Assembly (NCBI GenBank): GCA_049511795.1
Contig: JBEKXS010000001.1
Span: 300,001-332,000 of the forward strand
DNA: 32,000 nucleotides
Reading direction: 5' to 3'
From: Candidatus Saccharimonadota bacterium
GTDB lineage: Archaea; Nanobdellota; Nanobdellia; Pacearchaeales; GW2011-AR1
Part shown: positions 21,257 to 30,461 of the stretch, piece by piece
How positions within the stretch are numbered: the stretch's first letter is position 1
Layout: every line of letters starts with the position of its first letter
Notes under the pieces: generated by a model
Told to the model about the DNA's origin: nothing
The model's database searches: none
The model's input: the letters and a program-made list of their open reading frames with translations, nothing else
Position numbers and translations under genes: made by a program

Positions 21257-24200
21257 ATGGATACAAAACAATATTTCAAAAACATAGAATCAGAGACAAA
21301 GAAAATCTATGAAGTCGCGGAAAGGGCAAGGGCAAAAGGGCTGGACCCACAGGACAAAGTTGAAATTCCATTGGCAAGAAGCCTTGCTGAAAAAGTTGTT
21401 GGCCTGATTTCAACGCTTTATCCACAAATGATGGATTCTGGAATTGTTGAAAGAATGATTGAACTTGAAAAAAAACATGGAAAACTAGACCCTGCTGTAT
21501 GTTTGCAGATTGCAGAGGAAATTTCAAAACAAAAATTCTGCAAGTTTGCGAGCCTGAAGGAAGCAATAGAAGCAGGAGCGAGAACAGGAGTTGCATACAT
21601 AACTCTTGGAGTTGTTTCAAGTCCTATAGAAGGACTAACTGAAATAAAAATATGTAAAACAAGAGACGGAAAAGAATATCTTAGCCCTTATTATTCAGGA
21701 CCGATAAGAAGTGCAGGAGGTTCTGGTGCTGCTTTTTCTTTGGTTATTGTAGATTATCTGCGTGAATTGTTTGGATATAGTAAATATGACCCAACAGAAG
21801 ATGAAATAAAAAGAAGTGCTGTTGAATTGCATGATTATCATGAAAGAATTACAAATCTTCAATATATGCCAACAGATGATGAATCAAAATTCCTTGCAGC
21901 AAATATTCCTGTTCAAATTAATGGAGAACCATCTGAAACCTTGGAAGTTTCAAACTACAAAAATCTTGAAAGGGTAGAAACGAATTTGCTTAGAGGGGGG
22001 TTTTGCCTTGTTCTTGGAGAAGGAATTGCACAAAAAGCAAAAAAAATTGCAAGATACATTTCTTCATTAAAGAAAAAAGGATTTAAATTAAGCGATTGGG
22101 AATTTTTGGATGAATATGTAAAGCTTCATGAAAGAAGAGACATGGGAAAAACAGATGCCTCGCCAACATATATTCAAGACCTAGTTGCTGGAAGGCCTGT
22201 TTTCGGGCATCCTTCTGAATCAGGAGCTTTCAGATTTAGATATGGCAGAGGAAGATCTTCTGGATTTAGTGCAACGTCAATTCATCCTGCAACAATGGAG
22301 ATAACAGACGAATTTATTGCAATAGGAACACAACTTAAGATTGAAAAGCCGACGAAAGGCTGCATTGTCACTAGTTGTGATTCAATAGACGGTCCAATTG
22401 TCAAGCTTTACAATGGTTCTGTCAAAAAAATAAATACAAAAGAGGAGGCAAAGAAATTATATGCTGATGTTGAGGAAATAATCTATCTTGGAGACATTCT
22501 TTTTCCATTTAGCGATGTTGCCAACAGGAATGCAAATCTTTTGAAGCCAGGATATGTCGAGGAATTCTGGAAATTAGAATTGAGGGAAAAAAATCCAGAG
22601 CTTGAGAAAACAACTGATCCATTTAAAATTGATTTTGAAAAAGCCATTGAAATAAGCAACAAAGAAAAGATTTCCCTTAATCCAAAATACATTTTTTATT
22701 GGACAGAGATATCAAAAGAGCAGCTTTTGAATTTGATAGACTGGCTTAAGCAGGGAAAAACAAGCAAGAAAATAATTCTTCCTTTCACAAAATCAGACCA
22801 GGAGAAATTTGGCCATGGAAAAAGAGCGCTTGAACTTCTTGGCATTGAGCATGATTTTGTAATAGAACATGTCATAATAAACCAAGAGAACAGCAAGGCA
22901 ATGCTTGCAAATCTTGGAACTGATTTTGAAATTGTTAATGAAGAAAAAGAGTTAAGGTGGGAATTTGAAGAATATTCTGAGAAAATCAAGAAAACAATTT
23001 CTGAAAATCCTGATTTTGGTGTTTTGGAACTGATTAATTCTGCTTCCAAACTAAACATAAGAAACAAAGCAGGAGATTTTATCGGTGCGAGAATGGGAAG
23101 GCCAGAGAAAGCAAAATTAAGAAAGCTTACAGGCAGTCCAAACGTACTTTTTCCTGTTGGAGAAGAAGGAGGAAGATTAAGAAGCTTCCAGTCAGCTGTT
23201 GAAAACGGAAGTGTATCAAGTGTTTTCCCAATATATAAATGTGAAAAATGCAACAAGGAAACTATTTACAGAACATGCGAAACCTGTGGAGAAAAAAGCA
23301 GAAAAATGTTTTATTGTCCAGAATGCGGAATCAACAAAACAGAAAAATGTGAGCAGCATAAAAATTCTTACTCATACTCAAACAATTCAATAGACATGAA
23401 CTATTATTTTGAAAGTGCAAGAGAGAAACTTGGATTGTCAAGCGGAGAAATACCCCCGTTAATTAAAGGAGTAAGAGGAACAATGTCTGAAGGGCATATT
23501 GTTGAAAATTTAAGCAAGGGAATTTTAAGAGCGATGTTTGACTTGCAAGTAAACAAAGATGGAACAATAAGATTTGATGCAACAGAAATGCCCTTAGTTG
23601 CTTTCAAGCCAAAAGAAATAGGAGTTAGTGTTGAAAAATTACGGGAAATTGGTTATGACAAAGATATTAACGGGGAAGAACTTGTTAATGATAATCAGAT
23701 TTTGGAATTAATGCCACATGATATTCTTCTTCCAAGCTCTCCTGAATCGCCAGATGGAAGAGCTGATGATATTTTCATGAGAATATGCCATTTTGTCGAT
23801 GATATGCTTGTAAAGCTTTACAGGATGGAACCTATTTACAATGTCAGGAAAAGAGAAGATTTAGTTGGTAAAATTGGTGTTTGTATTGCGCCACATAATT
23901 GTGCAGGTGTTGTTTGCAGGATTATTGGATTTTCAAATACTTTAGGAATGTTTGCAAGTCCATTCATGCACGCTGCAATCAGAAGAGACTGCGATGGTGA
24001 TGAAGCAGCTATAATGCTTTTGGGAGATGTCTTGATAAATTTCTCAAGGGAATTTCTCCCACAGCACAGAGGAGGAAATCAGGATTCGCCACTTGTCCTT
24101 AATGCAAAGATTGACGCAGGAGAAGTTGATGACCAAATAATGGATTTCGAGCTTGTCAAGGAATACCCTATTGAATTATACAGGCTTGCAGAAGAAAGGA

Positions 24201-24739
24201 AACACTCTTCTGAAGTTTCAATTAAAGATGTAAGAAAAGCTTTGAAAAATGGAGACGATCCATTCCAAAACATTTTCTTTACGCATAACACAGAGAATAT
24301 CAATGATGGAGTTGCATGCTCAAGCTACAAACTTTTGGAAACAATGCAAGACAAGGTAAATCACCAAATGGAGCTTGTTGAAAAAATAAGGGCTGCAAAC
24401 ACAAGCGAGACAGCAAGGCTCATAATTGAAAGACATTTCTTGAGAGACATGAGAGGAAACCTGAGAAAATTTTCGATGCAGGAATTTAGGTGTGTTGCAT
24501 GCAATGAGATAATGAGAAGGCCTCCCCTAACAGGTTTTTGCCCAAAATGCGGAGGAAGAGTAATTTTCACGACAAATGAAGGCGGAATCAAAAAATATCT
24601 TGAACCTGCTTTGAACCTCGCAAAAAAATATAATCTATCTTCTTACATAAAACAGTCTTTGGAACTGACAAAAAGACAGATTGACTCTCTTTTTGGAAAA
24701 GAAATAGAATCACAAGAAAATCTTGGTAGGTGGTTCTAA
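21257..24739 (+). CDS. dp2: DNA polymerase II (PolD) large catalytic subunit DP2
   Basis: 1160 aa. The DP2 N-terminus is conserved (YF...ERA...GLDP...VEIPLA). Zn fingers CEKCNKE...CETCG, CPECG and CVACNE...CPKCGG are present. The start is 3 nt after dp1. Its length is consistent with an intein-free DP2. Confidence 0.95.
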   Translation: MDTKQYFKNIESETKKIYEVAERARAKGLDPQDKVEIPLARSLAEKVVGLISTLYPQMMDSGIVERMIELEKKHGKLDPAVCLQIAEEISKQKFCKFASLKEAIEAGARTGVAYITLGVVSSPIEGLTEIKICKTRDGKEYLSPYYSGPIRSAGGSGAAFSLVIVDYLRELFGYSKYDPTEDEIKRSAVELHDYHERITNLQYMPTDDESKFLAANIPVQINGEPSETLEVSNYKNLERVETNLLRGGFCLVLGEGIAQKAKKIARYISSLKKKGFKLSDWEFLDEYVKLHERRDMGKTDASPTYIQDLVAGRPVFGHPSESGAFRFRYGRGRSSGFSATSIHPATMEITDEFIAIGTQLKIEKPTKGCIVTSCDSIDGPIVKLYNGSVKKINTKEEAKKLYADVEEIIYLGDILFPFSDVANRNANLLKPGYVEEFWKLELREKNPELEKTTDPFKIDFEKAIEISNKEKISLNPKYIFYWTEISKEQLLNLIDWLKQGKTSKKIILPFTKSDQEKFGHGKRALELLGIEHDFVIEHVIINQENSKAMLANLGTDFEIVNEEKELRWEFEEYSEKIKKTISENPDFGVLELINSASKLNIRNKAGDFIGARMGRPEKAKLRKLTGSPNVLFPVGEEGGRLRSFQSAVENGSVSSVFPIYKCEKCNKETIYRTCETCGEKSRKMFYCPECGINKTEKCEQHKNSYSYSNNSIDMNYYFESAREKLGLSSGEIPPLIKGVRGTMSEGHIVENLSKGILRAMFDLQVNKDGTIRFDATEMPLVAFKPKEIGVSVEKLREIGYDKDINGEELVNDNQILELMPHDILLPSSPESPDGRADDIFMRICHFVDDMLVKLYRMEPIYNVRKREDLVGKIGVCIAPHNCAGVVCRIIGFSNTLGMFASPFMHAAIRRDCDGDEAAIMLLGDVLINFSREFLPQHRGGNQDSPLVLNAKIDAGEVDDQIMDFELVKEYPIELYRLAEERKHSSEVSIKDVRKALKNGDDPFQNIFFTHNTENINDGVACSSYKLLETMQDKVNHQMELVEKIRAANTSETARLIIERHFLRDMRGNLRKFSMQEFRCVACNEIMRRPPLTGFCPKCGGRVIFTTNEGGIKKYLEPALNLAKKYNLSSYIKQSLELTKRQIDSLFGKEIESQENLGRWF

Positions 24740-24743
24740 ATGT

Positions 24744-25253
24744 TCATCGCTGACAACCTGAGGAGCTTCCTCCCCACCAATCCACATCATAATTAGAATT
24801 AATTCCATCAATTTCCCATTGGCCTCCTATTTTTCGTACTGAAGAATCGAAACCAAGTTTATAGTCAACTTCACCCTGATTAGTATTAGGTACAAATTGA
24901 TAATAGTCTGTATTTCCCACCACCTCTCCATATCCTCTAGCTAAATCATCATCAGTCATCCAAACTTCAATACGAAAGATATCATCATACGATTGTCCAC
25001 CTAAGTCCCAAATTTGTTTGTGAACTTTTGTTCTTCCCTCGCAATTCGAGCCAGGAACACAGTAGGACATAGCTCCTGCAAAATCTCGAGCAATTAATCT
25101 TTCTGACCAAGAATGATATGTACTAACAATTTTTTGGCATTCACTTTTTAAAGGATCTTCTGGAGGGGGACTAGTAGACTCACTACCTTTACACCCTAAA
25201 GTAAAGGAACCTATTAAACCAACTCCTACAAATAATTTTTGTGCTAAATTCAT
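24744..25253 (-). CDS. Putative secreted lipoprotein, function unknown
   Basis: 169 aa. A signal peptide with a lipobox-like LGC (VGLIGSFTLGCKGSES), then a Cys-containing globular domain. Convergent with dp2. Confidence 0.5.
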   Translation of the reverse strand: MNLAQKLFVGVGLIGSFTLGCKGSESTSPPPEDPLKSECQKIVSTYHSWSERLIARDFAGAMSYCVPGSNCEGRTKVHKQIWDLGGQSYDDIFRIEVWMTDDDLARGYGEVVGNTDYYQFVPNTNQGEVDYKLGFDSSVRKIGGQWEIDGINSNYDVDWWGGSSSGCQR

Positions 25254-25346
25254 TTTTTATCAAGTCTATTTTAGTTTAAATAAACTATTGCATTAGATTA
25301 TGTATAAAACAAAAACATTTAATAATTCTTAACTTTTTATGTGATA

Positions 25347-26375
25347 ATGAATACAGGTCTAACCATCGACGAAAAATTTGAGCTGATTAAGAGAAATACA
25401 GAGGAAATTGTTACTGAAAAAGAATTGAAATATCTTCTTACAAAAAAAGAAAAGCCAGTTGTTTATCTTGGCACAGCAATAACCGGAAAACCACATATAG
25501 CCTATTTTACCTGGGTTTTAAAATTGGCTGATTTTTTAAGAGCAGGATTTAAAGTTAAAATTCTTTTGGCTGATTTGCATGGTGCTTTAGATAATACTCC
25601 ATGGCTTGTTCTTGAAAAAAGATATGATTACTACAAAAAAATAATTCCATTAATATTTGAGGCAGTAGGAGTTAATACAAAAAATCTGGAATTTGTTAAA
25701 GGAAGCGAATTTGAATTAAAACCAGAGTATATGTATGATGTTTTGCAGGTTTCTTCTATGGCTTCCATACATGATCTTAGGAAAGCGGCATCAGAAGTTG
25801 TTAAAATGGGAGACAACCCCAAACTTTCTGGATTTATTTATCCTATAATGCAAGCTTTAGATGAACAATACCTTGGAGTTGACATTCAATATGGTGGTGC
25901 TGACCAAAGGAAAATTTTTATGTTTGCAAGAGAATACCTTCCTAAAATTGGATATAATAGAAGAATAGAGATAATGACACCAATTATTCCAGGTCTTATT
26001 GGAAAAAAAATGTCTGCTTCTGACCCCAAATCAAAAATAGACTTGCTTGATGATGAAAAAACAATAAAATCAAAGATACAAGGAGCAGAATGTGTTGCAG
26101 GAAACCCAGACAATGGATTAATAGCTTTCCTAAAATATGTAATTATGACAATAAAAAAAGACAAAAATGAGAATTTTGTTATAAAAAGAAAAAAAGAGCA
26201 TGGTGGAGACAAGATTTATGATAACTATGAGGAAATTGAGAAAGATTTTGTTGATAAAAAAATTCATCCCCTTGATTTGAAGAATAGTGTTGCTGAGGAA
26301 ATCACTGAATTGTTAAAACCAATACAAAAACATAGAGCAGAACTTGAAAAACTTGCAGAAAAAGCTTATTCTTAA
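25347..26375 (+). CDS. tyrS: Tyrosine--tRNA ligase (archaeal type)
   Basis: The HIGH-type motif is GKPHIAYF and the KMSKS-type motif is KMSAS. The Rossmann core reads LLADLHGALDN...YPIMQALDEQYL...QYGGADQRKI. The ATG at 25347 is preferred over the GTG at 25341. Confidence 0.9.
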   Translation: MNTGLTIDEKFELIKRNTEEIVTEKELKYLLTKKEKPVVYLGTAITGKPHIAYFTWVLKLADFLRAGFKVKILLADLHGALDNTPWLVLEKRYDYYKKIIPLIFEAVGVNTKNLEFVKGSEFELKPEYMYDVLQVSSMASIHDLRKAASEVVKMGDNPKLSGFIYPIMQALDEQYLGVDIQYGGADQRKIFMFAREYLPKIGYNRRIEIMTPIIPGLIGKKMSASDPKSKIDLLDDEKTIKSKIQGAECVAGNPDNGLIAFLKYVIMTIKKDKNENFVIKRKKEHGGDKIYDNYEEIEKDFVDKKIHPLDLKNSVAEEITELLKPIQKHRAELEKLAEKAYS

Positions 26376-27284
26376 TTAATGAGTCTTGAATTCAATCACA
26401 TCCAAGTCTTTAAGCCCGTGATTCAAACCAACAATTTGCCCTGGAAATTTTGAACTTGGGCCCCAGATTCTTGTTTCCTTAACTTTTGTTGTTGTTTTGA
26501 AGATTTTTTCTGCAACATTCTTGACAGTTGTACTTGGATTGAAAATAAAAGGCTTTTCTGATTTATCTTTTCCTGGTTCCTTCGTGAAAATTCTTATTTT
26601 TCCAAAACTTTTGAAAATCTTTTCCTTAAGCTGCTCCAAACCTTCACCTGTTTCTGTGTTTATTATCAAAGGCTCAATTTTTCTTGTTTTCATTGTTGCT
26701 TCAAGCTTTCTTAAGTCTGTATTTTTATCCATTACATTAAAAACAATAATTTTTTTCCCCACTGAACTTTGCAACTCCTCCTCTATTTCATTTATTTGCT
26801 CAAGACTATTTACAAGAAGAATAATTGAGTCAGCACTATTGACAAGGCCACGATCATAAAATTCTGATTTTACAGGCGGAACTTCAATAATTTGAATATT
26901 GACACCCGAATATTTCATGATTCCAATAACTGGATTTTTTGTTGCAAAATGATAAGGATTTATTTCTGGAGATGCATTTGTAAGTTGGGAAAGGAGACTT
27001 GATTTTCCTGAATTTGTCAAGCCGACAATAACTGCCTGCATATCTTCTTTTTTTATTCCCTGTTTACCCTTTCTTGCTTTTTTTGACTTTTCCTGCTGCT
27101 CTAGGAATTTTTTCAGCCTTGCCCTTAATTGCGCCCTTAAGTTTTCTCCTCCTTTATGTTTTGGAGCCACAGAAATCATTTTTTTGAGCTTCTCAATTTT
27201 CTCTTCCTGCGTTTGGGCCATCAAATATTCTTTTTGGGCAGCCATGTATTCAGGATGTGCATTTATTGGCATTTTAAGGTACAA
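26376..27284 (-). CDS. DRG/Obg-like GTP-binding protein with a C-terminal TGS domain (divergent G3/G4 motifs)
   Basis: G1 is GLTNSGKSSL. The TGS-like C-terminus reads IRIFTKEPGK...VGLNHGLKDLDVIEFKT. The helical basic N-terminus resembles DRG. The stop abuts the tyrS stop (TAATTA). Confidence 0.7.
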   Translation of the reverse strand: MYLKMPINAHPEYMAAQKEYLMAQTQEEKIEKLKKMISVAPKHKGGENLRAQLRARLKKFLEQQEKSKKARKGKQGIKKEDMQAVIVGLTNSGKSSLLSQLTNASPEINPYHFATKNPVIGIMKYSGVNIQIIEVPPVKSEFYDRGLVNSADSIILLVNSLEQINEIEEELQSSVGKKIIVFNVMDKNTDLRKLEATMKTRKIEPLIINTETGEGLEQLKEKIFKSFGKIRIFTKEPGKDKSEKPFIFNPSTTVKNVAEKIFKTTTKVKETRIWGPSSKFPGQIVGLNHGLKDLDVIEFKTH

Positions 27285-27313
27285 CTTTTAAACACAAAGA
27301 ACTTAAAAATTTA

Positions 27314-28081
27314 ATGAAGCAAGAATTGTACCAAAAGATAGTTTCAAAGAAAGAATTTTCCCAGCTTCCTGAAGAAGATGTTGAAAAAGCATTTTCCCAC
27401 TTTGAAAAAAGGCAGACAAGCGAGGAGGAGAAAATAAGGCTTACAAGGGAGCTTTTACACAAAGTTTTCGGTGCATTTCTAAGCAAAAAACTTCTTAGCC
27501 TGAAAAGTAAGGATGAAGAATGGATTTTGAGAAAACATCTTTCAACAAGGGAAAGACTTGAATTTTACAATGAACTTTACAAAAAACTGCTGAAGGGACT
27601 TGGTAAAAAAATAAGTGTTATTGATTTAGGAGCAGGTGTTAATGGTTTTTCTTACAAAATGTTCAAAAAAGTTGGTTTTGATGTGAACTACATAGGAGTT
27701 GAAGCTATAGGTCAGCTAGTAAACCAAATGAATAAATATTTTAAGAAAAATTTGCTGAATGCCAAAGCAATACACCTTAGCTTGTTTAATTTGGGCAAAC
27801 TGAGGGAAATTATTAGCAAAACAAAAACATCAAGAGTTATTTTTTTGTTCAAAGTTGTTGATTCTTTAGAAATGCTTGATAGAGATTATTCAAAAAATCT
27901 TATTTTAGAAACATCTAAACTTGCTGATAGAACTGTTGTAAGCTTTGCAACAGAAAGCATGATAAAAAGGAAAAGATTTGCTGCAAAAAGAACATGGCTT
28001 ATTGATTTTCTTGAAAAGAATTTTGAAATCCTTGATGACTTTGAAATTGGTCATGAAAGATATATTGTTTTCAGAAGGTAA
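27314..28081 (+). CDS. SAM-dependent methyltransferase resembling the Arm/Rmt (FmrO) 16S rRNA m7G1405 methyltransferase family
   Basis: 255 aa. KHLSTRERLEFYNELY, SAM motif I VIDLGAGVNGFSY, VIFLFKVVDSLE and VVSFATESM are collinear with the blocks I recall from RmtB/ArmA. Confidence 0.65.
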   Translation: MKQELYQKIVSKKEFSQLPEEDVEKAFSHFEKRQTSEEEKIRLTRELLHKVFGAFLSKKLLSLKSKDEEWILRKHLSTRERLEFYNELYKKLLKGLGKKISVIDLGAGVNGFSYKMFKKVGFDVNYIGVEAIGQLVNQMNKYFKKNLLNAKAIHLSLFNLGKLREIISKTKTSRVIFLFKVVDSLEMLDRDYSKNLILETSKLADRTVVSFATESMIKRKRFAAKRTWLIDFLEKNFEILDDFEIGHERYIVFRR

Positions 28082-28116
28082 AACTTTATATATAACTTTT
28101 ATTTTTATTGAGCATA

Positions 28117-28317
28117 ATGGCACAGAATCCGATGCAACCAATGCAACAACCTGTTCAACAGCAACCAGCACAAATGCCTCAGCCTAACCCACAACAGCCA
28201 ATGCAGATGGGGCAGCCAATGCCTGAGCAAAAGAAAGGTGGATGGATGAAATGGTTATTTATTATTCTGGGAATAGCAATTGTTGTTGGGCTTCTCTTTG
28301 TTTTAAAGATAATTTGA
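28117..28317 (+). CDS. Small tail-anchored membrane protein with a P/Q/M-rich N-terminus
   Basis: MAQNPMQPMQQPVQQQPAQMPQPNPQQPMQMGQPMPEQKK is followed by the TM WLFIILGIAIVVGLLFVL. A TATA-like CTTTATATATAAC is centred about 27 nt upstream. Confidence 0.5.
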   Translation: MAQNPMQPMQQPVQQQPAQMPQPNPQQPMQMGQPMPEQKKGGWMKWLFIILGIAIVVGLLFVLKII

Positions 28318-28376
28318 ACATTCTGTTTTTTAGTTATATAATTAATCTTTAAATAGCTGCAAATATTATTTGTAAA

Positions 28377-29585
28377 ATGTATGGAAAATATTACAAGAAA
28401 AGAATTAGGAACGGAATGACTGTTATATTTGAAAAAAGAAGCCTTCCAGTAATCAGTGTTGCGTTTGCAGTAAAAACAGGGGGAGTAAATGAATCTGAGG
28501 AAGAAAAAGGGATATCTCATTTCATTGAGCACCTTTTGTACAAAGGAACTCCAAAAAGAAATGCTCAGATGATTGCAGAAGAAATTGAAAAAAACGGCGG
28601 AATCCTTAACGGATTCACAGACCAAGAACTGACCGCTTACTGGTGCAAAATGCCTTCTTCAAAACTGAATATTGCCCTTGAAGTCCTTGGAGACATGGTA
28701 AAAAATCCTCTTTTTGACGAGAAAGAAATAGAGAAGGAGAGAAAAGTAATTTTTGAGGAAATAAAAATGTACAATGACAGCCCGCATTTGCATGCAATTG
28801 ATGAGATACATAGAAACTTGTATAAAAAACCGTTTGGATCTGCCTTAATAGGTACAGAAAAAACACTTGGAGCCATGACGAGGAAAAAGATTCTTACAAG
28901 ATTCAAAAAGATATACCAGCCAAACAATATGATTTTATGTGTTGTAGGAGACGCTGATTTTAAAGACATTATTTCTTTTGCAGAAAAGAATTTTGGAAAA
29001 ACAAAAGGCCAAAACCCAAAATTCCAGATTTTAAAAACAAATAGTTCAAGAACAGAAAAAAGAAAAGGAATAGACCAGGCAAATATTGTCTTTGCATACC
29101 ATGTTCCGCTTGCAAGAGACAAAAAAAGCTATTCTGCATTTGTTTTGAACACTCTGATGGCAGGTGGCATGTCTTCGAGATTATTCCATGAAATAAGGGA
29201 AAAAAGGAACCTTGCATATTCTGTTCAGGGAGAATCTCATTTTTCTAGGAATTTTGCATATAACTTGATTTATGTAGGAACCAAGAAAGAAAATATTGAC
29301 CAAATAAAAGAAATAGTGCTAAAAGAATTTGAAAAAATATCGAAAGAGATTCCAGAAAAAGAATTTGCGCAAGTGAAGGAGCAAATAATTGGAAATTATC
29401 AAATTTCCTTTGAAGATTCAAACAATCAGATGACAAATCTAATTCTTAATGAAATCAATGGAGACGCAAAAGAAACATATGAATTAGAGAAAAAAATAAG
29501 AGCTGTCAAATTAAAAGATGTAAAAAAAATGGCAGGAAAAGTCAGGGGAAAGAATTACAGTTTCTTTGCGCTTGTGCCAGAATGA
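28377..29585 (+). CDS. M16 (pitrilysin/insulinase) family zinc peptidase
   Basis: 402 aa. The inverted zinc motif HxxEH is present (HFIEHLLYKGT), with a downstream E in EKERKVIFEEI. Confidence 0.85.
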   Translation: MYGKYYKKRIRNGMTVIFEKRSLPVISVAFAVKTGGVNESEEEKGISHFIEHLLYKGTPKRNAQMIAEEIEKNGGILNGFTDQELTAYWCKMPSSKLNIALEVLGDMVKNPLFDEKEIEKERKVIFEEIKMYNDSPHLHAIDEIHRNLYKKPFGSALIGTEKTLGAMTRKKILTRFKKIYQPNNMILCVVGDADFKDIISFAEKNFGKTKGQNPKFQILKTNSSRTEKRKGIDQANIVFAYHVPLARDKKSYSAFVLNTLMAGGMSSRLFHEIREKRNLAYSVQGESHFSRNFAYNLIYVGTKKENIDQIKEIVLKEFEKISKEIPEKEFAQVKEQIIGNYQISFEDSNNQMTNLILNEINGDAKETYELEKKIRAVKLKDVKKMAGKVRGKNYSFFALVPE

Positions 29586-29618
29586 TAAACTTATAAATAA
29601 ATCCTTCTCCAAAAAAAT

Positions 29619-30422
29619 ATGTTCATTGTCAAAGTTCCTGGTGTGAATGGAAATGGAAAGACAAAAGGCTGCGAGAAAGCTGGAAATGCAGTAATTGAAG
29701 CTTTGAAAGACATTCATAGTAATGAACAGGGAAAACTAGTTGATGTTAAATTGCTTGATTTAGAGGAAATACATTTTGATAACAATGACCTTAAACTGAC
29801 AAACAAACTTATTTATGAAAATGCACTTGAAACTTTCGAAGAAAAACCCAAAACAATATTTTTAGGTGGGGACCAGTCAATAAGCGGATCACTCGGAAGA
29901 GCTTTTCTGAAACGGTGCAGAGATTCAGGCAATGAACCTTGCTTAATTGTCTTTGATTCAAGACCAAACTGCTTAAGTTTAAAGTCAGATTTTCCAAATA
30001 ATGTAACCTGGCTTAGAAATCTAGTTGAAAATGGTTTTCCTGGTGTAAATGTACTATTAGTTGGTGTAAGAGCTCTGGAAAGCCAAGAAATTGAATTTTT
30101 GAATAAAAACAAGATAAGAAATATTAACATTAACCAATTGATGAACAATTTGGATGATACATGCGATACTATAATGGAATTTTCTTATGGAAAAGAGCTT
30201 TACCTTTCAATTGATCTTGGAATTGTTGACCCTGTATTTGTACCTGCAACAACTTTTCAGGATTCTGGCGGGCTTAGTTCTAGGCAAATCATTTATCTTA
30301 TTCAAAGAATAAACAAAATAAAGAACCTTAAGGCAGTTGATTTGGTTGAAATAAATCCTGAAAAAGAAGGTGGAGATGTTACTGTTAGATTAGGGGCAAA
30401 AATTCTTTCTGAGCTACTTTAA
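29619..30422 (+). CDS. Arginase/agmatinase (ureohydrolase)-fold protein with substituted metal ligands
   Basis: 267 aa. GGDQSIS replaces GGDHS. FDSRPN replaces DAHxD. SIDLGIVDPVFVPAT replaces SxDxDxxDPxxAPG. AVDLVEINPEKE is retained. Confidence 0.7.
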   Translation: MFIVKVPGVNGNGKTKGCEKAGNAVIEALKDIHSNEQGKLVDVKLLDLEEIHFDNNDLKLTNKLIYENALETFEEKPKTIFLGGDQSISGSLGRAFLKRCRDSGNEPCLIVFDSRPNCLSLKSDFPNNVTWLRNLVENGFPGVNVLLVGVRALESQEIEFLNKNKIRNININQLMNNLDDTCDTIMEFSYGKELYLSIDLGIVDPVFVPATTFQDSGGLSSRQIIYLIQRINKIKNLKAVDLVEINPEKEGGDVTVRLGAKILSELL

Positions 30423-30461
30423 ATTAGTATAATTTATAAATTTCATTTATTTTTTTCCTTT

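Noticed and set aside
22696-23256. 186-aa minus-strand ORF, plus other minus-strand ORFs at 21276-21620, 22483-22692, 23404-23607, 24079-24303 and 24361-24591, all inside dp2
   Set aside because: All are antisense to the continuous 1160-aa PolD large-subunit frame. Their composition is S/F/L-rich and no motif was seen.
18391-24739. Inteins in Cdc6, DP1 or DP2
   Set aside because: The protein lengths (403, 543 and 1160 aa) and uninterrupted conserved blocks are consistent with intein-free genes. No endonuclease or Hint-type blocks were noticed.
28179-29122. 148-aa and 161-aa minus-strand ORFs overlapping the start region and body of the M16 peptidase gene
   Set aside because: They are antisense shadows of a gene with a clear HxxEH signature and show no recognisable features.
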